Shown piece by piece: positions 8,946 through 18,537 of a stretch of DNA of 64,000 bases. Position numbers and translations under genes: made by a program. The stretch covers positions 1,728,001-1,792,000 of the forward strand of contig CAVSGO010000007.1 in NCBI GenBank assembly GCA_963727525.1, given 5' to 3'. Under the pieces are notes generated by a model. It saw only the letters and a program-made list of their open reading frames with translations. It did no database searches and had not been told where the DNA came from. The DNA is from an uncultured bacterium (lineage in GTDB: Bacteria > Krumholzibacteriota > Krumholzibacteriia > LZORAL124-64-63). The stretch's first letter is position 1, and each line of letters starts with the position of its first letter.

Positions 8946-10168
8946 GTGCCAAGAAGAATGTTGACGAGGCTTCGCACCGGGATCTCGCCCGCCAGGCCCG
9001 ACTTTCTCACTACGCGGCGTACGTCAGCTTGTGCCTCCGGTTCACCTTCAATGGCCGCGTCTCGACCCGTCGCCAGTAGTAGTCATCCCACAACGGCGGC
9101 AACTCGATATGCGACACGAACAGCCGCCGCGACAACACCTCCTCCTCGGTCAAGGGCTTCGTGGCGATCCCGATCTGCATCGCCGGCGTGCTCCAGCACC
9201 GCTTCTCCCGACGCAACTTGATCGTGTTGCGCCACACCAGGAAGATCGCCAGCCGGTAGATCGAATGCTGGCGTCGCTTTCCGAACGCGATCGTCTCCCG
9301 CGTGTGGTCTTTCAGACAATGCCGCAGCAACATGTCCAGCAAGTTGACCTCGAACAACGGGTTGCGACTCGTCCGCGGCTCACGGGAGTCGATCGTCTCG
9401 TGGATCACCTTGCAATACCGTAGCTTCGCGATCGCGTAGGGATAGGTCTTGTGCTTGTCGCTCCAGATGTGGGCCTCGGTGGCGCCGTCGAGCGAGACCG
9501 AGAGCACCTCGAGCAGCGCCCGCATCAACGACCTGGGGTCCGGCCGGCCATAGTTTTGTTCAAAGAGGGACCGTTTCCATTTCTGCTCGTCGGTCATCGC
9601 CCCGCTGCGTCGCCGCTCGGCCTCGGCGAAGTGGATGATGAAGCTGGAGGGGCGATCGACGGCCGTGACGATCTCGTAGGGGAAGTACTGGGAGTGCTCG
9701 AAGGTGACGAGCCCGTCAATGGCGATGTCCACGAAGGGTGACGCCTGGGACACCAGGTGTCGATGGAAGAGGATGCAGTGTCGGCCGAGGCGGGCGAGGA
9801 GGTTGTCGACGGTCGTCGGCGAGGTGTCGAGGAGCCTGGCGATCTGGCGATTGGCGGCGCCAGAGACGGCGTGCTTGTGGACCTTGGGCAGGAGATCGGC
9901 GCGTTTGAGCCAGTATGTGGTGCGGAAGGTCTGGTCTGAGCAGGTCCTGCCACAGGCCAGGCAGAGGTAGCGCTGGACGGTGTAGGGCGGGGATTTTCGG
10001 GAGAAGGTGCCGAAGAGCGCGAAGGGCCAGGGTTGCGGCTGAGGCTTGTGGTATTTGCAGTTAGGGTTGGGGCAGTGGGGAGGAAGCGAGGGGCATGAAG
10101 TGAGGGTTTTGGTGTTCATGAGGACGGGTCCAGGCAAGCGCTGGACCGGTCAACATTCTTCGTGGCAC
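8946..10168. mobile_element. IS-like element of 1223 bp with 20-bp terminal inverted repeats
   Basis: GTGCCAAGAAGAATGTTGAC (8946-8965) versus the reverse complement of 10149-10168, GTGCCACGAAGAATGTTGAC: 19/20 identical, enclosing one transposase-like ORF. Confidence 0.8.
9010..10119 (-). CDS. IS1-like transposase (Zn ribbon + HTH + RNase H-like domain)
   Basis: CPNPNC...QRYLCLAC Zn ribbon, RQIARLLDTSPTTV HTH, IAIDG and WSDKH acidic motifs, LRHCLKDHTRETIAFGK; flanked by inverted repeats. Confidence 0.75.
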   Translation of the reverse strand: MNTKTLTSCPSLPPHCPNPNCKYHKPQPQPWPFALFGTFSRKSPPYTVQRYLCLACGRTCSDQTFRTTYWLKRADLLPKVHKHAVSGAANRQIARLLDTSPTTVDNLLARLGRHCILFHRHLVSQASPFVDIAIDGLVTFEHSQYFPYEIVTAVDRPSSFIIHFAEAERRRSGAMTDEQKWKRSLFEQNYGRPDPRSLMRALLEVLSVSLDGATEAHIWSDKHKTYPYAIAKLRYCKVIHETIDSREPRTSRNPLFEVNLLDMLLRHCLKDHTRETIAFGKRRQHSIYRLAIFLVWRNTIKLRREKRCWSTPAMQIGIATKPLTEEEVLSRRLFVSHIELPPLWDDYYWRRVETRPLKVNRRHKLTYAA

Positions 10169-10169
10169 G

Positions 10170-11144
10170 TCACTTGAGTTGCGGCGGCAGCGCAAACCGG
10201 AAGCCCGCGGCGAGACCGTCACGCCAGTTGGTCCAGTTGTGGCCGGCCGGGCGCTCGATGTATTCCACCGGGAATTCTCGCTCCGTCAAAGCCTGGGCCA
10301 GGTTGCGATTGGGGCCGTGGAGCCATTCCAGGGTGCCGGTGCTGAGGTGGAAGCGGAGGGGGCGCCAGGATTCGGTCAGGACGCGGTTGCGCCAGAACTC
10401 TTGGCCGGTGAAGGGGGTGTCGAGTTGCTGGTCGGGGTAGAAGAGGAAGGCGCCGGACTGGGCAACCACGGTGGCAAACTTGAGGGGGTGTTGCCAGGCG
10501 AGGTTGGCGCTGCAGAGACCTCCGAGGCTGGCGCCCCAGGCTGTGCGTGCGTCGGTGGTGGGGGCTGCGGTTTCGATGGCGGGGATGGCTTCGTCGATCA
10601 CGAAGCGAAGGTAGTCGGGGTTGAAGAAGTATTCCTGGGTGCGGTTGGCCGGGGTGAGGAAGATGAGGCGGGCGGGCGCCACCAGATTGGCAGCGAGGAG
10701 GGCTTCGTAGAGCTGGGGGGCTTTGCCCCAGCCGAAGTAGGCCTTGCCGTCCTGGAACCATACCTGGGGCAGGGCATCGGTGCCGGTACCAGGCGGGGTA
10801 TAGATGAGGATATGTCTAGTATCGCCCAGGATCTTGGAAGGGAGGCGCAGCCTCGTGACTTTGCCGTGAAGGGTGTCCTTGGCGGCGAGCCAGAAGGGGT
10901 TCTGTTGGTACTTCGGGCCGGCTAGCCAGCGGGCGTAGTCCCACCAGGGGTTGTGCGGGGGGTTGGGGTTGGTGGGGTCGGGTCGTTTCCGCCCTTCATC
11001 GTCGAGCCAGGCGTATTCGAAGTAGGCATCGTCGGGGAGGTCGAAGGGGGTGACGTCGGCCACTGGTCGTGGCGACTTCATCCAGTCGTCGAGGTCGCTG
11101 ATAAGATGTGTGGCCCAGGGGGGTGGCCTCAGATTGATGCGCAT
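10170..11144 (-). CDS. Putative esterase (enterochelin esterase / Fes-like alpha/beta hydrolase)
   Basis: IYTPPG, QDG, GASLGG nucleophile, QSGAF, GHNW. Confidence 0.85.
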   Translation of the reverse strand: MRINLRPPPWATHLISDLDDWMKSPRPVADVTPFDLPDDAYFEYAWLDDEGRKRPDPTNPNPPHNPWWDYARWLAGPKYQQNPFWLAAKDTLHGKVTRLRLPSKILGDTRHILIYTPPGTGTDALPQVWFQDGKAYFGWGKAPQLYEALLAANLVAPARLIFLTPANRTQEYFFNPDYLRFVIDEAIPAIETAAPTTDARTAWGASLGGLCSANLAWQHPLKFATVVAQSGAFLFYPDQQLDTPFTGQEFWRNRVLTESWRPLRFHLSTGTLEWLHGPNRNLAQALTEREFPVEYIERPAGHNWTNWRDGLAAGFRFALPPQLK

Positions 11145-11154
11145 GGGTCTCTCG

Positions 11155-11463
11155 TCACGTTTTGAGGTTTCGGCCGGTCTTCTGCTTGAGAGTGGTGACC
11201 TTGCTGTCGAGGCGGCCGGCGTCGGCTCTGCGGTAGTCGACCTTCAGGTTCACCGCGATGCGGTCGCAGTCATTCTGCATGCGCTCGAAGCACCGGGTCA
11301 CCACGGCCATGACCTCGTCCCACTCGCCCTCGAGGCAGGTGCCCATGGGGCCCAGGCGGTAGGGCAGACCGCTGTCGTCGATGATCTCGAGGGAGCGCTT
11401 CACGTACTCGCTCACGCTGGCGCCCTTGTCGGTGGGGAACATGGAGAACTCGAGCAGGACCAT
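11155..11463 (-). CDS. MTH1187/YkoF-family thiamine-binding protein
   Basis: FSMFP...SVSEYV...YRLGPMGTCLEG...KVDYR. Confidence 0.85.
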   Translation of the reverse strand: MVLLEFSMFPTDKGASVSEYVKRSLEIIDDSGLPYRLGPMGTCLEGEWDEVMAVVTRCFERMQNDCDRIAVNLKVDYRRADAGRLDSKVTTLKQKTGRNLKT

Positions 11464-11485
11464 GGGATCTTCTCCTGCAGGTGGC

Positions 11486-12403
11486 TCAATTGAGATGATA
11501 CCGCGGGCCGACCACCAGGTTCACTGCCTGCGGCACGATGCGCACCGCGACGGGCGTAGTGCCGATGGATTCGCCGTCGATCTGTACGGGGATGGGCGGA
11601 TCGGCGTCCACCCGCACCTCCCGTGCCTTGAAGTGCTTCATGCGGGGGGCGCGGCGGCTACGCCACGTGAGCATGCGCCCGAGGATCACGAGCACATCCC
11701 ACAGCGTGCGGCTGGAGATGATCGTCACGTCGAAGAGACCGTCGTGCGGATCGGTGTCGGGCGTGACGCGCAGGTGGAAATCGTTGATGCGGCCGATGTT
11801 CGTCAGGAGCACGGTGTTGGCGCGCCTGCGGTGGACGTTGCCGTCGGCCTTCACGGTGACGAACGACGTCTGCCGCCGGAAGAGGTTGCTGATCGCGGCC
11901 ACGACGTAGCTGCCCACGCCGAAGAAGTTCTTCAATCGCTTGGGTGCGTCCTTGATGATGGCGGCGGGATAGCCGATGGCCGTCATGAGGACGAAGTAAC
12001 GTTCGCGTTCGGGCAGGTAGCCCACGTCGAAGGAGCGCACCGGCCCGTCGAGGATGGCGTTCACCGCCGGTCCCGGCAACCACGGCAGCCCGAGCGCCAG
12101 CGGGATCACGTTGGCCGTGCCGCTCGAGATGTGCGCCAGTGGCACCTTCTGCTCGGAGTGCACCTGACCGACGACAGCTTCCTGCAGGGTACCATCGCCC
12201 CCGAGTACGCATACGAGATCGAAACCTTCGCTTCCCGCCGACCTTGCCCACCGCGTGGCATCGCCGCTGCTCCCGGTTTCGCGCAGCGTCACGCCCACGC
12301 CGCGTTTCTCGAGCAGGCGCTTCACGCGGCGCGCATAGCGCGGCGCGAATCCCTGGCCCGCAGTGGGATTGACGATGAGCAAGGCGTTGGTGTACGTCGG
12401 CAT
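11486..12403 (-). CDS. Diacylglycerol/lipid kinase family (YegS/Rv2252/BmrU)
   Basis: IVNPTAG, GGDGT, GTANV, QIDGE. Confidence 0.9.
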   Translation of the reverse strand: MPTYTNALLIVNPTAGQGFAPRYARRVKRLLEKRGVGVTLRETGSSGDATRWARSAGSEGFDLVCVLGGDGTLQEAVVGQVHSEQKVPLAHISSGTANVIPLALGLPWLPGPAVNAILDGPVRSFDVGYLPERERYFVLMTAIGYPAAIIKDAPKRLKNFFGVGSYVVAAISNLFRRQTSFVTVKADGNVHRRRANTVLLTNIGRINDFHLRVTPDTDPHDGLFDVTIISSRTLWDVLVILGRMLTWRSRRAPRMKHFKAREVRVDADPPIPVQIDGESIGTTPVAVRIVPQAVNLVVGPRYHLN

Positions 12404-12521
12404 CGTGGGCAGCCGGCGGTGATGGTCTGCCGCACCGACGTGGTGCCGCACGAAACCGCCGTCGCCATCATACGCAAAGTGACCGGGATGACCAGCGCGG
12501 GTTGCGGTGTCCGCACGATTC

Positions 12522-12986
12522 TCAGGTGACGTCGCGATCCCAGGTGCCCAGCCACGAGCGGACGCGTACGGACACGCCCGGCTCCGTATCGAGGGGCTCG
12601 GGTCCGTCGGGACCGATCGGAACGATCCAGGCGCCGAGCCACTCGTCGTTCTCGCTGGCCGTGGCCACGGCGAGGCGCTCGGCCACGAAGTCGCGGATGA
12701 AGGCGAGGGCGCGATCGAGGAAGTGATCGCCCCCCTCGTCGCCCACCACGCCGAAGCGCGTGTGGAAGTTCTCGCCGAAACCGACGGACACCTCCCACTC
12801 GCTGGTCGTGATGAAGAGTCCGTTGCCCGAGGGGTCCATGGGGCGGGACACCTCCACCAGAAGCGCTTCCTTCTCGAATTCCTCGTAGGGATCGTAGCGC
12901 GCGTGAGGCATCCAGTCGGGAAATTCGCGAAACAGCCGCAGCGCGAACTCCTTGGAGTGGGCGTTCAACCGGGAGACATCCAGCAT
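12522..12986 (-). CDS. Hypothetical protein
   Basis: 154-aa ORF with GAGGTG RBS and coding-like composition. Confidence 0.6.
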   Translation of the reverse strand: MLDVSRLNAHSKEFALRLFREFPDWMPHARYDPYEEFEKEALLVEVSRPMDPSGNGLFITTSEWEVSVGFGENFHTRFGVVGDEGGDHFLDRALAFIRDFVAERLAVATASENDEWLGAWIVPIGPDGPEPLDTEPGVSVRVRSWLGTWDRDVT

Positions 12987-13130
12987 GCATCACCTCGCGC
13001 GAGGACGGACGACCGGCGAGAATCCCTCCATACGTCACAACCCGCTGCAGGTTCCAGAACACACCGGCTCCTGCGAGTCGGCTGCGTCAAGGTACGTGCA
13101 AACGGGTGGAAGTGGAAAGGGTCTGGTATC

Positions 13131-14438
13131 TCAGGTCTGGAGCTGGCCCTCGCGGACCCGCCGGGCGAGCTGGGTGCGCTGGACGGCCATGACGTAGCGG
13201 CCGAGCAGGTCCATACCCTGGCGATCGGTGCCGCTGCGCACCTGGAACTCGATGCCGATCTGGGCCTGACGGCGGTTGCGAGCGCTCAGCACCACGGCCG
13301 CGCGACGTACGGCGCCGGTGATGAGGCAGGTGCGTTCGTGCCCGGGCAGCGTGAAGCGGAGCTGCACGAGGGTGCCGAACGGGCAACTCGCGGCCAGAGC
13401 CTCGTCGCCGAGCATACCGGCCCCGGAGAAGCTGAGGTCGACCACCGTGACCGGTTGCGCGTCGGTGGACGCGGCGACGGTGGTCTCGAATGCGGGTCCG
13501 ATGGTCGTGTTGGGCACGAGCACCGCGAGCCAGCCGGGCAGCGGTTCCTCGGGCGCCACGCGGAACTCGCGCCGGCGCTGTCCCAGGGTAAGGCACCGCG
13601 GCCGCGCCACGGCCAGACCGCCCACCACGAGGTCCTTGGCCAGCACGACGGGCTCGGAACCCTGGATCCGCGACTGGAAATGGAACACGCGCCCGCTCGT
13701 GCCGAATGACGCCTCGAGCATCTGTCCGGGCACCAGGGCGCGCCGCTCCTCCGGGCTGAGATCGAGGGAGAACACGAGGTCGCCGCCATCCTGGTCGCGA
13801 TTCTGCGTCTGCAGGATGCCGTGATGCGGGAAGGCCACGCCGTCGGGCCCCGGCAGCAGGATCTGCAGGTCGAGCTCGAGCTTGCGGACAGCGGTAAGGG
13901 CGGCGTCCACCTCGAAGGGCCGGCTCAACGACTCGCGGGTGGCAAGGTCGATGGGTAGGTAGCGGCTGGCCACGGCTTCCTCGTAGCCGCTCTCCTTGGC
14001 CGCCTCGAACTCGGCGCGCGAGCAGAGATCGGCCATGACGTACAGGGTGCCCTCCGCCGTACGCAGGCGGCAGACGTAGCTGCGAAGGCCGCGCAGGGCA
14101 TGGGTGCCGCCCGTGGCGGGCAGCACCTCGTAGCGGCCGATGGGGCGCTGAGTCGGCATACGGGCGACGAGGGCCTCGGTGAAGGCCTCCAGGAACGCGT
14201 CGAGGTGGCCGCCCCGGCCGTCGGGCCCCACGCCGAGATACCGCGCCAGCGCGGCGTCGCCCCCGACGTAGGCGGCGTGGACCGACCCGTTGCGCACGTG
14301 CACGGCGCCGATCATGGGCCAGGCGAAATCCCAGGCGCGCACCTGGGTCACACGAGCCTCGGCATCGGCCAGCCCGGCCACGTTGGCCAGGGCCGTACGT
14401 CCCGCGCGATAGAGTGCTGTCAGTGTTTCCTTGATCAT
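13131..14438 (-). CDS. PilZ domain (c-di-GMP receptor) protein with YcgR-like and extra N-terminal domains
   Basis: QRRREFR (RxxxR) and DLSFSG (DxSxxG), IGIEF; GGAG RBS. Confidence 0.8.
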   Translation of the reverse strand: MIKETLTALYRAGRTALANVAGLADAEARVTQVRAWDFAWPMIGAVHVRNGSVHAAYVGGDAALARYLGVGPDGRGGHLDAFLEAFTEALVARMPTQRPIGRYEVLPATGGTHALRGLRSYVCRLRTAEGTLYVMADLCSRAEFEAAKESGYEEAVASRYLPIDLATRESLSRPFEVDAALTAVRKLELDLQILLPGPDGVAFPHHGILQTQNRDQDGGDLVFSLDLSPEERRALVPGQMLEASFGTSGRVFHFQSRIQGSEPVVLAKDLVVGGLAVARPRCLTLGQRRREFRVAPEEPLPGWLAVLVPNTTIGPAFETTVAASTDAQPVTVVDLSFSGAGMLGDEALAASCPFGTLVQLRFTLPGHERTCLITGAVRRAAVVLSARNRRQAQIGIEFQVRSGTDRQGMDLLGRYVMAVQRTQLARRVREGQLQT

Positions 14439-14569
14439 CGACGGGTCTCCGCCCGGCGGCCCCGGCTCAGGGCCGTCCTGAGCGTGTCATCGGCAAGCCG
14501 GGAACCGACTTGACGGGAAATCCCGTGACCATATGGGGCTTGACCGGTATCGTGCTCTTTCGAGGTATC

Positions 14570-16648
14570 ATGATGCCAGGAACCGATCACGACGCGATCG
14601 AGAACGCCGCCCGCAACGTCCGGCCGGGCGCGCCCGCGCCGCTAGGCGCCCATGCCCGCGAGGCGGGCGTGAACTTTTCCGTGCTGGCGCCACGGGCCCG
14701 GCGCGTCGATCTGCTGCTCTACGCCACCCCGGACGCACCCCAGCCGGTAGCCGTCGTGCCACTTGGCTCCACCCGTCACCGGACGGGCAGCTACTGGCAC
14801 GCCTTCGTTCCCGATCTCGGCCACGGCCTGACGTATGCCTACCGGGTGATCGCGGGCGCCGGCGATGAAGGCGACGGCCAGAAGGTGCTGCTCGACCCCT
14901 ACGCCCGCGCCGTCGCCAACCTGGAGCACTACGACCGACGCGCCGCCGCCCGCCCGGGCGACAACGGCCCGAACGCGCCACGCGCCGTGGTCGTGGACCT
15001 CGACCGCTACGACTGGGAAGGCGACCAGCCGCTCCCGCCGCCGGCCGGACGCGAGATCATCTACGAGATGCACGTGGGCGCCTTCACCCGGGCACCGTCA
15101 GCACCGGTTCCCGAGGCGCAGCGCGGCACCTACGCGGGGCTTGCCGCGCAGATCCCCTACCTGAAGAGCCTAGGCGTGACGGCTGTGGAACTGCTGCCGG
15201 TGCAGCTCTTCGACGAGCAGGACGCCCCGGCCGGCCGCACCAATCTATGGGGCTACAGCCCGCTGGCCTACTTCGCGCCGCATGCCGGCTACAGCGCCGC
15301 GACGAAGCCGGAAGGCGTCGTCGATGAGTTTCGCGACCTGGTGAAAGCTCTGCACCGCGCCGGCTTGCGCGTGATCGTCGACGTCGTCTATAACCACACT
15401 GCCGAGGGCGGCCGCGACGGCCCCATGCTGTCGTGGCGCGGTTTCGCCGACCGCGATTACTATCTGCACGACCGCGACGGCCGGCGCTACCACGACGTCA
15501 CCGGCTGCGGCAACACGCTCAGCGCCAACCATCCGGTGGCGTTGCGCCTCATCGTCGATTCCGTGCGCTACTGGGTCGAGGCCCTGCACGTGGATGGTTT
15601 TCGCTTCGATCTCGCCAGCGCCCTCACCCGCGACGAGTTCGGCGTGCCGCACCCGCGGCCCCCGGTGATCCGGATCCTGGAGACCGAGCCCGCGCTGGCC
15701 GGCACCACGCTCATCGGCGAGCCGTGGGACGCGGCCGGGCTCTATCAGGTGGGCAGCTTCCCCGCCACACGCTTCGCCACCTGGAATGGCCCGTTCCGTG
15801 ACGACGTACGTCGCTTCCTGCGGGGCGACAACGGCACGATCGAGACCCTCATGGCGCGCATCACCGGCAGCCGTGACCTCTTCGCGGCGGCCGCCGCGAA
15901 ACCCCTCGAATCGATCAACTTCGTGACCTGCCACGACGGCTTCACGCTGGCCGACCTCGTGAGCTACAATGTCAAGCACAACGAGGCCAACGGGGAGCAG
16001 AACCGCGACGGCAGCGACCAGAACCACGCCTGGAACTGCGGCGTCGAGGGTCCCACGTACTCGCCCACCATCGGCGAGGTGCGGCGCCGCCAGGTGCTCA
16101 ACGCGTTCTGCCTGGTGCTGCTGTCGCACGGCACCCCCATGCTCCTGATGGGCGACGAGGTGCGGCGCACGCAGCACGGCAACAACAATGCCTACTGCCA
16201 GGACAACCCCACGAGCTGGTTCGACTGGACCGCCCTGGAACGCCACGCCGACACGCTGCGCTTCGTGCGCGGCCTGGTGGCCTTCTCACAACGCATCGGC
16301 CTGCTGCATGAGAATCGATGGTGGCGGGCGACGAGCCACCTCGAGTCGGGGGACATCAGCTGGCACGGCGTCTCGCTCGGCAAGCCCGACTGGACGCCGT
16401 CGAGCCACAGCCTCGCCTACACCCTCGCCTCGGCCGGCAGCACGGCGCGCACGCACGTGATCGCGAACGCGTGGTGGCAGCCGCTCACCTTCGCCCTGCC
16501 GGGCCTGCCGGCGGGGCGGCGCTGGCACCGGGTGGTGGACACGTCGCGGCCGTCGCCCGACGACCTCACCGACGACGACGCTCCGATCGTCGCGGGCGAC
16601 ACCCTCACGGTGCCGTGGCACACGGTGATCGCACTGGAAGCGCGCTGA
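14570..16648 (+). CDS. glgX: Glycogen debranching enzyme (isoamylase, GH13)
   Basis: PLGA..GVNFSV, IYEMHV, WGYSP, DVVYNH, DGFRFDLA, GEPWD, CHDGFTL, GNNNAYCQDN. Confidence 0.95.
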   Translation: MMPGTDHDAIENAARNVRPGAPAPLGAHAREAGVNFSVLAPRARRVDLLLYATPDAPQPVAVVPLGSTRHRTGSYWHAFVPDLGHGLTYAYRVIAGAGDEGDGQKVLLDPYARAVANLEHYDRRAAARPGDNGPNAPRAVVVDLDRYDWEGDQPLPPPAGREIIYEMHVGAFTRAPSAPVPEAQRGTYAGLAAQIPYLKSLGVTAVELLPVQLFDEQDAPAGRTNLWGYSPLAYFAPHAGYSAATKPEGVVDEFRDLVKALHRAGLRVIVDVVYNHTAEGGRDGPMLSWRGFADRDYYLHDRDGRRYHDVTGCGNTLSANHPVALRLIVDSVRYWVEALHVDGFRFDLASALTRDEFGVPHPRPPVIRILETEPALAGTTLIGEPWDAAGLYQVGSFPATRFATWNGPFRDDVRRFLRGDNGTIETLMARITGSRDLFAAAAAKPLESINFVTCHDGFTLADLVSYNVKHNEANGEQNRDGSDQNHAWNCGVEGPTYSPTIGEVRRRQVLNAFCLVLLSHGTPMLLMGDEVRRTQHGNNNAYCQDNPTSWFDWTALERHADTLRFVRGLVAFSQRIGLLHENRWWRATSHLESGDISWHGVSLGKPDWTPSSHSLAYTLASAGSTARTHVIANAWWQPLTFALPGLPAGRRWHRVVDTSRPSPDDLTDDDAPIVAGDTLTVPWHTVIALEAR

Positions 16649-16650
16649 TC

Positions 16651-17901
16651 TCAGCTCGGGCCGAGCCGCTCGGCACGCTTGAGCAGGGCCTGCGCCATGG
16701 CCTCCTGGTCAGTGTAGGTGGATGCCACCCGCAGGTTCGCGATGGCGACCTGCCGCTGGCCCATCTCGATGGCGCAGTATCCGAGCATGAGGTAGCCTCG
16801 CCCGCGGTCAGGGTCCATCGCCACAACCTGCTGGTAGGACTGGGCGGCCGCGGCGTAGTCCCTGCGCAGGTAATGCACATCGCCCAGTAGCGACCACAGA
16901 CGTACCGTCGGCTCCTTCTTCAGCCCTCGCTCGAGAAACTGCATGGCGGTGTCCGGATCGTGGGCGGCGACGTAGGAGGACGCCACGCGCTCGTAGTCGG
17001 TGGCCTTCGCGCTGTCGCCAAGCGCGTCCTCGTACTGCTCACCCGCGAGGCGCGGCACGCCCACCACGCTGTAGAGGTCGCCGAGCGCCTTCTTCTCCTG
17101 CGCCGTGGCGTCGCGCAGGTAACCCACGATGGTGAGCGCGACGGCGGCGCGCTCGAAGTCCTGCCGGCCTGCCTCGAACTGATAGTCGAGATACCAGACC
17201 TCGGGATCGTCGGGGTTGGTCTTCAGCAGGTCGTCCATGGGTGCCTGGGCGAGTTCCGGCTCGCCCAGAGCCACCGCCGCGGACACGAACGCGCGGAACC
17301 AAGCGAGCTTCGGCGTGCCCCAGCGACCGGACACCAGTTCCTGCAACAGCGGCACCGCCCGGTCGGTCTGATTTGCTTGCAGGCGCGCCGCCGCGGCATA
17401 GTAGAGCACGTCGGCGGGCGGATCGGCGGACAGCCGGAATCCACGCTCGAACGCCGCGGCAGCCGCGGCGTAGTCCTGCAGCGCATAGGCCGCATCGCCG
17501 AGGCCGAGCCACGGCTTGGCGAAATTCGGCTGCAGCCGCGTCGCCGCCTCGAACTGCACGCGCGCGTCGGCCGGCTTATCGAGAGACGACAGGCACTGCC
17601 CAAGATGCAGACGCACGAGCATGTGGTCCTGGTCGGGATGGCCGCGCAGGTGGTCCTGCAGCATCGTTGCCGCCTCGCCGAAATCGCCGCGATTCTCCTT
17701 CGTGATCGCACGGAAGAGCATCTTGCGGAGCAGGCGCGGAACCTGGGACAGATCCTCGTAGTCGGTGACTTGAGTCGGCTGCGTGGGATCGAGCTGCGCC
17801 GGAACCGGCGCGTCCTCGGCAGCGCGACCGACTGCCACGGCGGCGACCATCACGGTGGCCGCCAGCAGGCACGCCGACGCTCGGGGCCAGGGCTGACGCA
17901 C
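16651..17901 (-). CDS. Periplasmic TPR protein (TtpD-like) of the TonB operon
   Basis: Signal peptide, multiple TPR repeats, directly after tonB. Confidence 0.8.
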   Translation of the reverse strand: MRQPWPRASACLLAATVMVAAVAVGRAAEDAPVPAQLDPTQPTQVTDYEDLSQVPRLLRKMLFRAITKENRGDFGEAATMLQDHLRGHPDQDHMLVRLHLGQCLSSLDKPADARVQFEAATRLQPNFAKPWLGLGDAAYALQDYAAAAAAFERGFRLSADPPADVLYYAAAARLQANQTDRAVPLLQELVSGRWGTPKLAWFRAFVSAAVALGEPELAQAPMDDLLKTNPDDPEVWYLDYQFEAGRQDFERAAVALTIVGYLRDATAQEKKALGDLYSVVGVPRLAGEQYEDALGDSAKATDYERVASSYVAAHDPDTAMQFLERGLKKEPTVRLWSLLGDVHYLRRDYAAAAQSYQQVVAMDPDRGRGYLMLGYCAIEMGQRQVAIANLRVASTYTDQEAMAQALLKRAERLGPS

Positions 17902-17915
17902 GGGAGGCCTCCTCG

Positions 17916-18536
17916 CTAGTTCTGCAGATCGAAGCGGATCGTCGTCGTCACCCAGGCGGTAACCGGCTCGCCGCCGATCTTGCCGGGCTCGAACCTCCAG
18001 CCGGGCAAGGCCTTGCGCACGGCGTCGTCGAAGACTTCGGGCGGCCGCGACTTCAGCACGACCACCTGGCGCACCGTCCCCTCGTTCGTCACCAGGATCT
18101 TCACCGCCACCAGACCCTCGATACCGCGCTCGCGCGCGCGGCGCGGGTACTGCGGCGGTGTCTTCACCAGAGGCTGGGGCGCCTGATCGAGATCCACGGA
18201 GTCGAACACCACGTCCGCGGCGCGGGTGCGCGCGCCGGTGCCGCCGAGGTCGATGTTCACGCTCACGGCGGGGCCTGCGAAATCGCCCACGCTGGGCTGC
18301 AGCAGATCGGGGGCGAAATCCGGCTGCGGATCGGGCTTCGGCGGCTCGGGCTCCTTCGCCTCCTCGCGTTCCGGCGGCGCCGGCAGCACGAGTGTCACCA
18401 GGCTCACCGCCACCGCGTCCGGCTCCTCGGCGCGCGCCTTGTGCACCTGCGACAGCACGCTCGTCAGTCCGAAGAGCCCCAGATTCACGGCGATCGCGAG
18501 CAGGATCACCAGCAAACCGTTCCCGAGCTTGCGCAT
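17916..18536 (-). CDS. tonB: Energy transducer TonB
   Basis: N-terminal TM, Pro-rich linker, PQYPRRARERGIEG TonB C-terminal domain. Confidence 0.92.
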   Translation of the reverse strand: MRKLGNGLLVILLAIAVNLGLFGLTSVLSQVHKARAEEPDAVAVSLVTLVLPAPPEREEAKEPEPPKPDPQPDFAPDLLQPSVGDFAGPAVSVNIDLGGTGARTRAADVVFDSVDLDQAPQPLVKTPPQYPRRARERGIEGLVAVKILVTNEGTVRQVVVLKSRPPEVFDDAVRKALPGWRFEPGKIGGEPVTAWVTTTIRFDLQN

Positions 18537-18537
18537 G

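Noticed and set aside
8936-10180. Target-site duplication for the IS (TGAGTT occurs on both sides)
   Set aside because: The right copy is 6 bp away from the inverted repeat and lies within the esterase coding end, so it is not a flush duplication.
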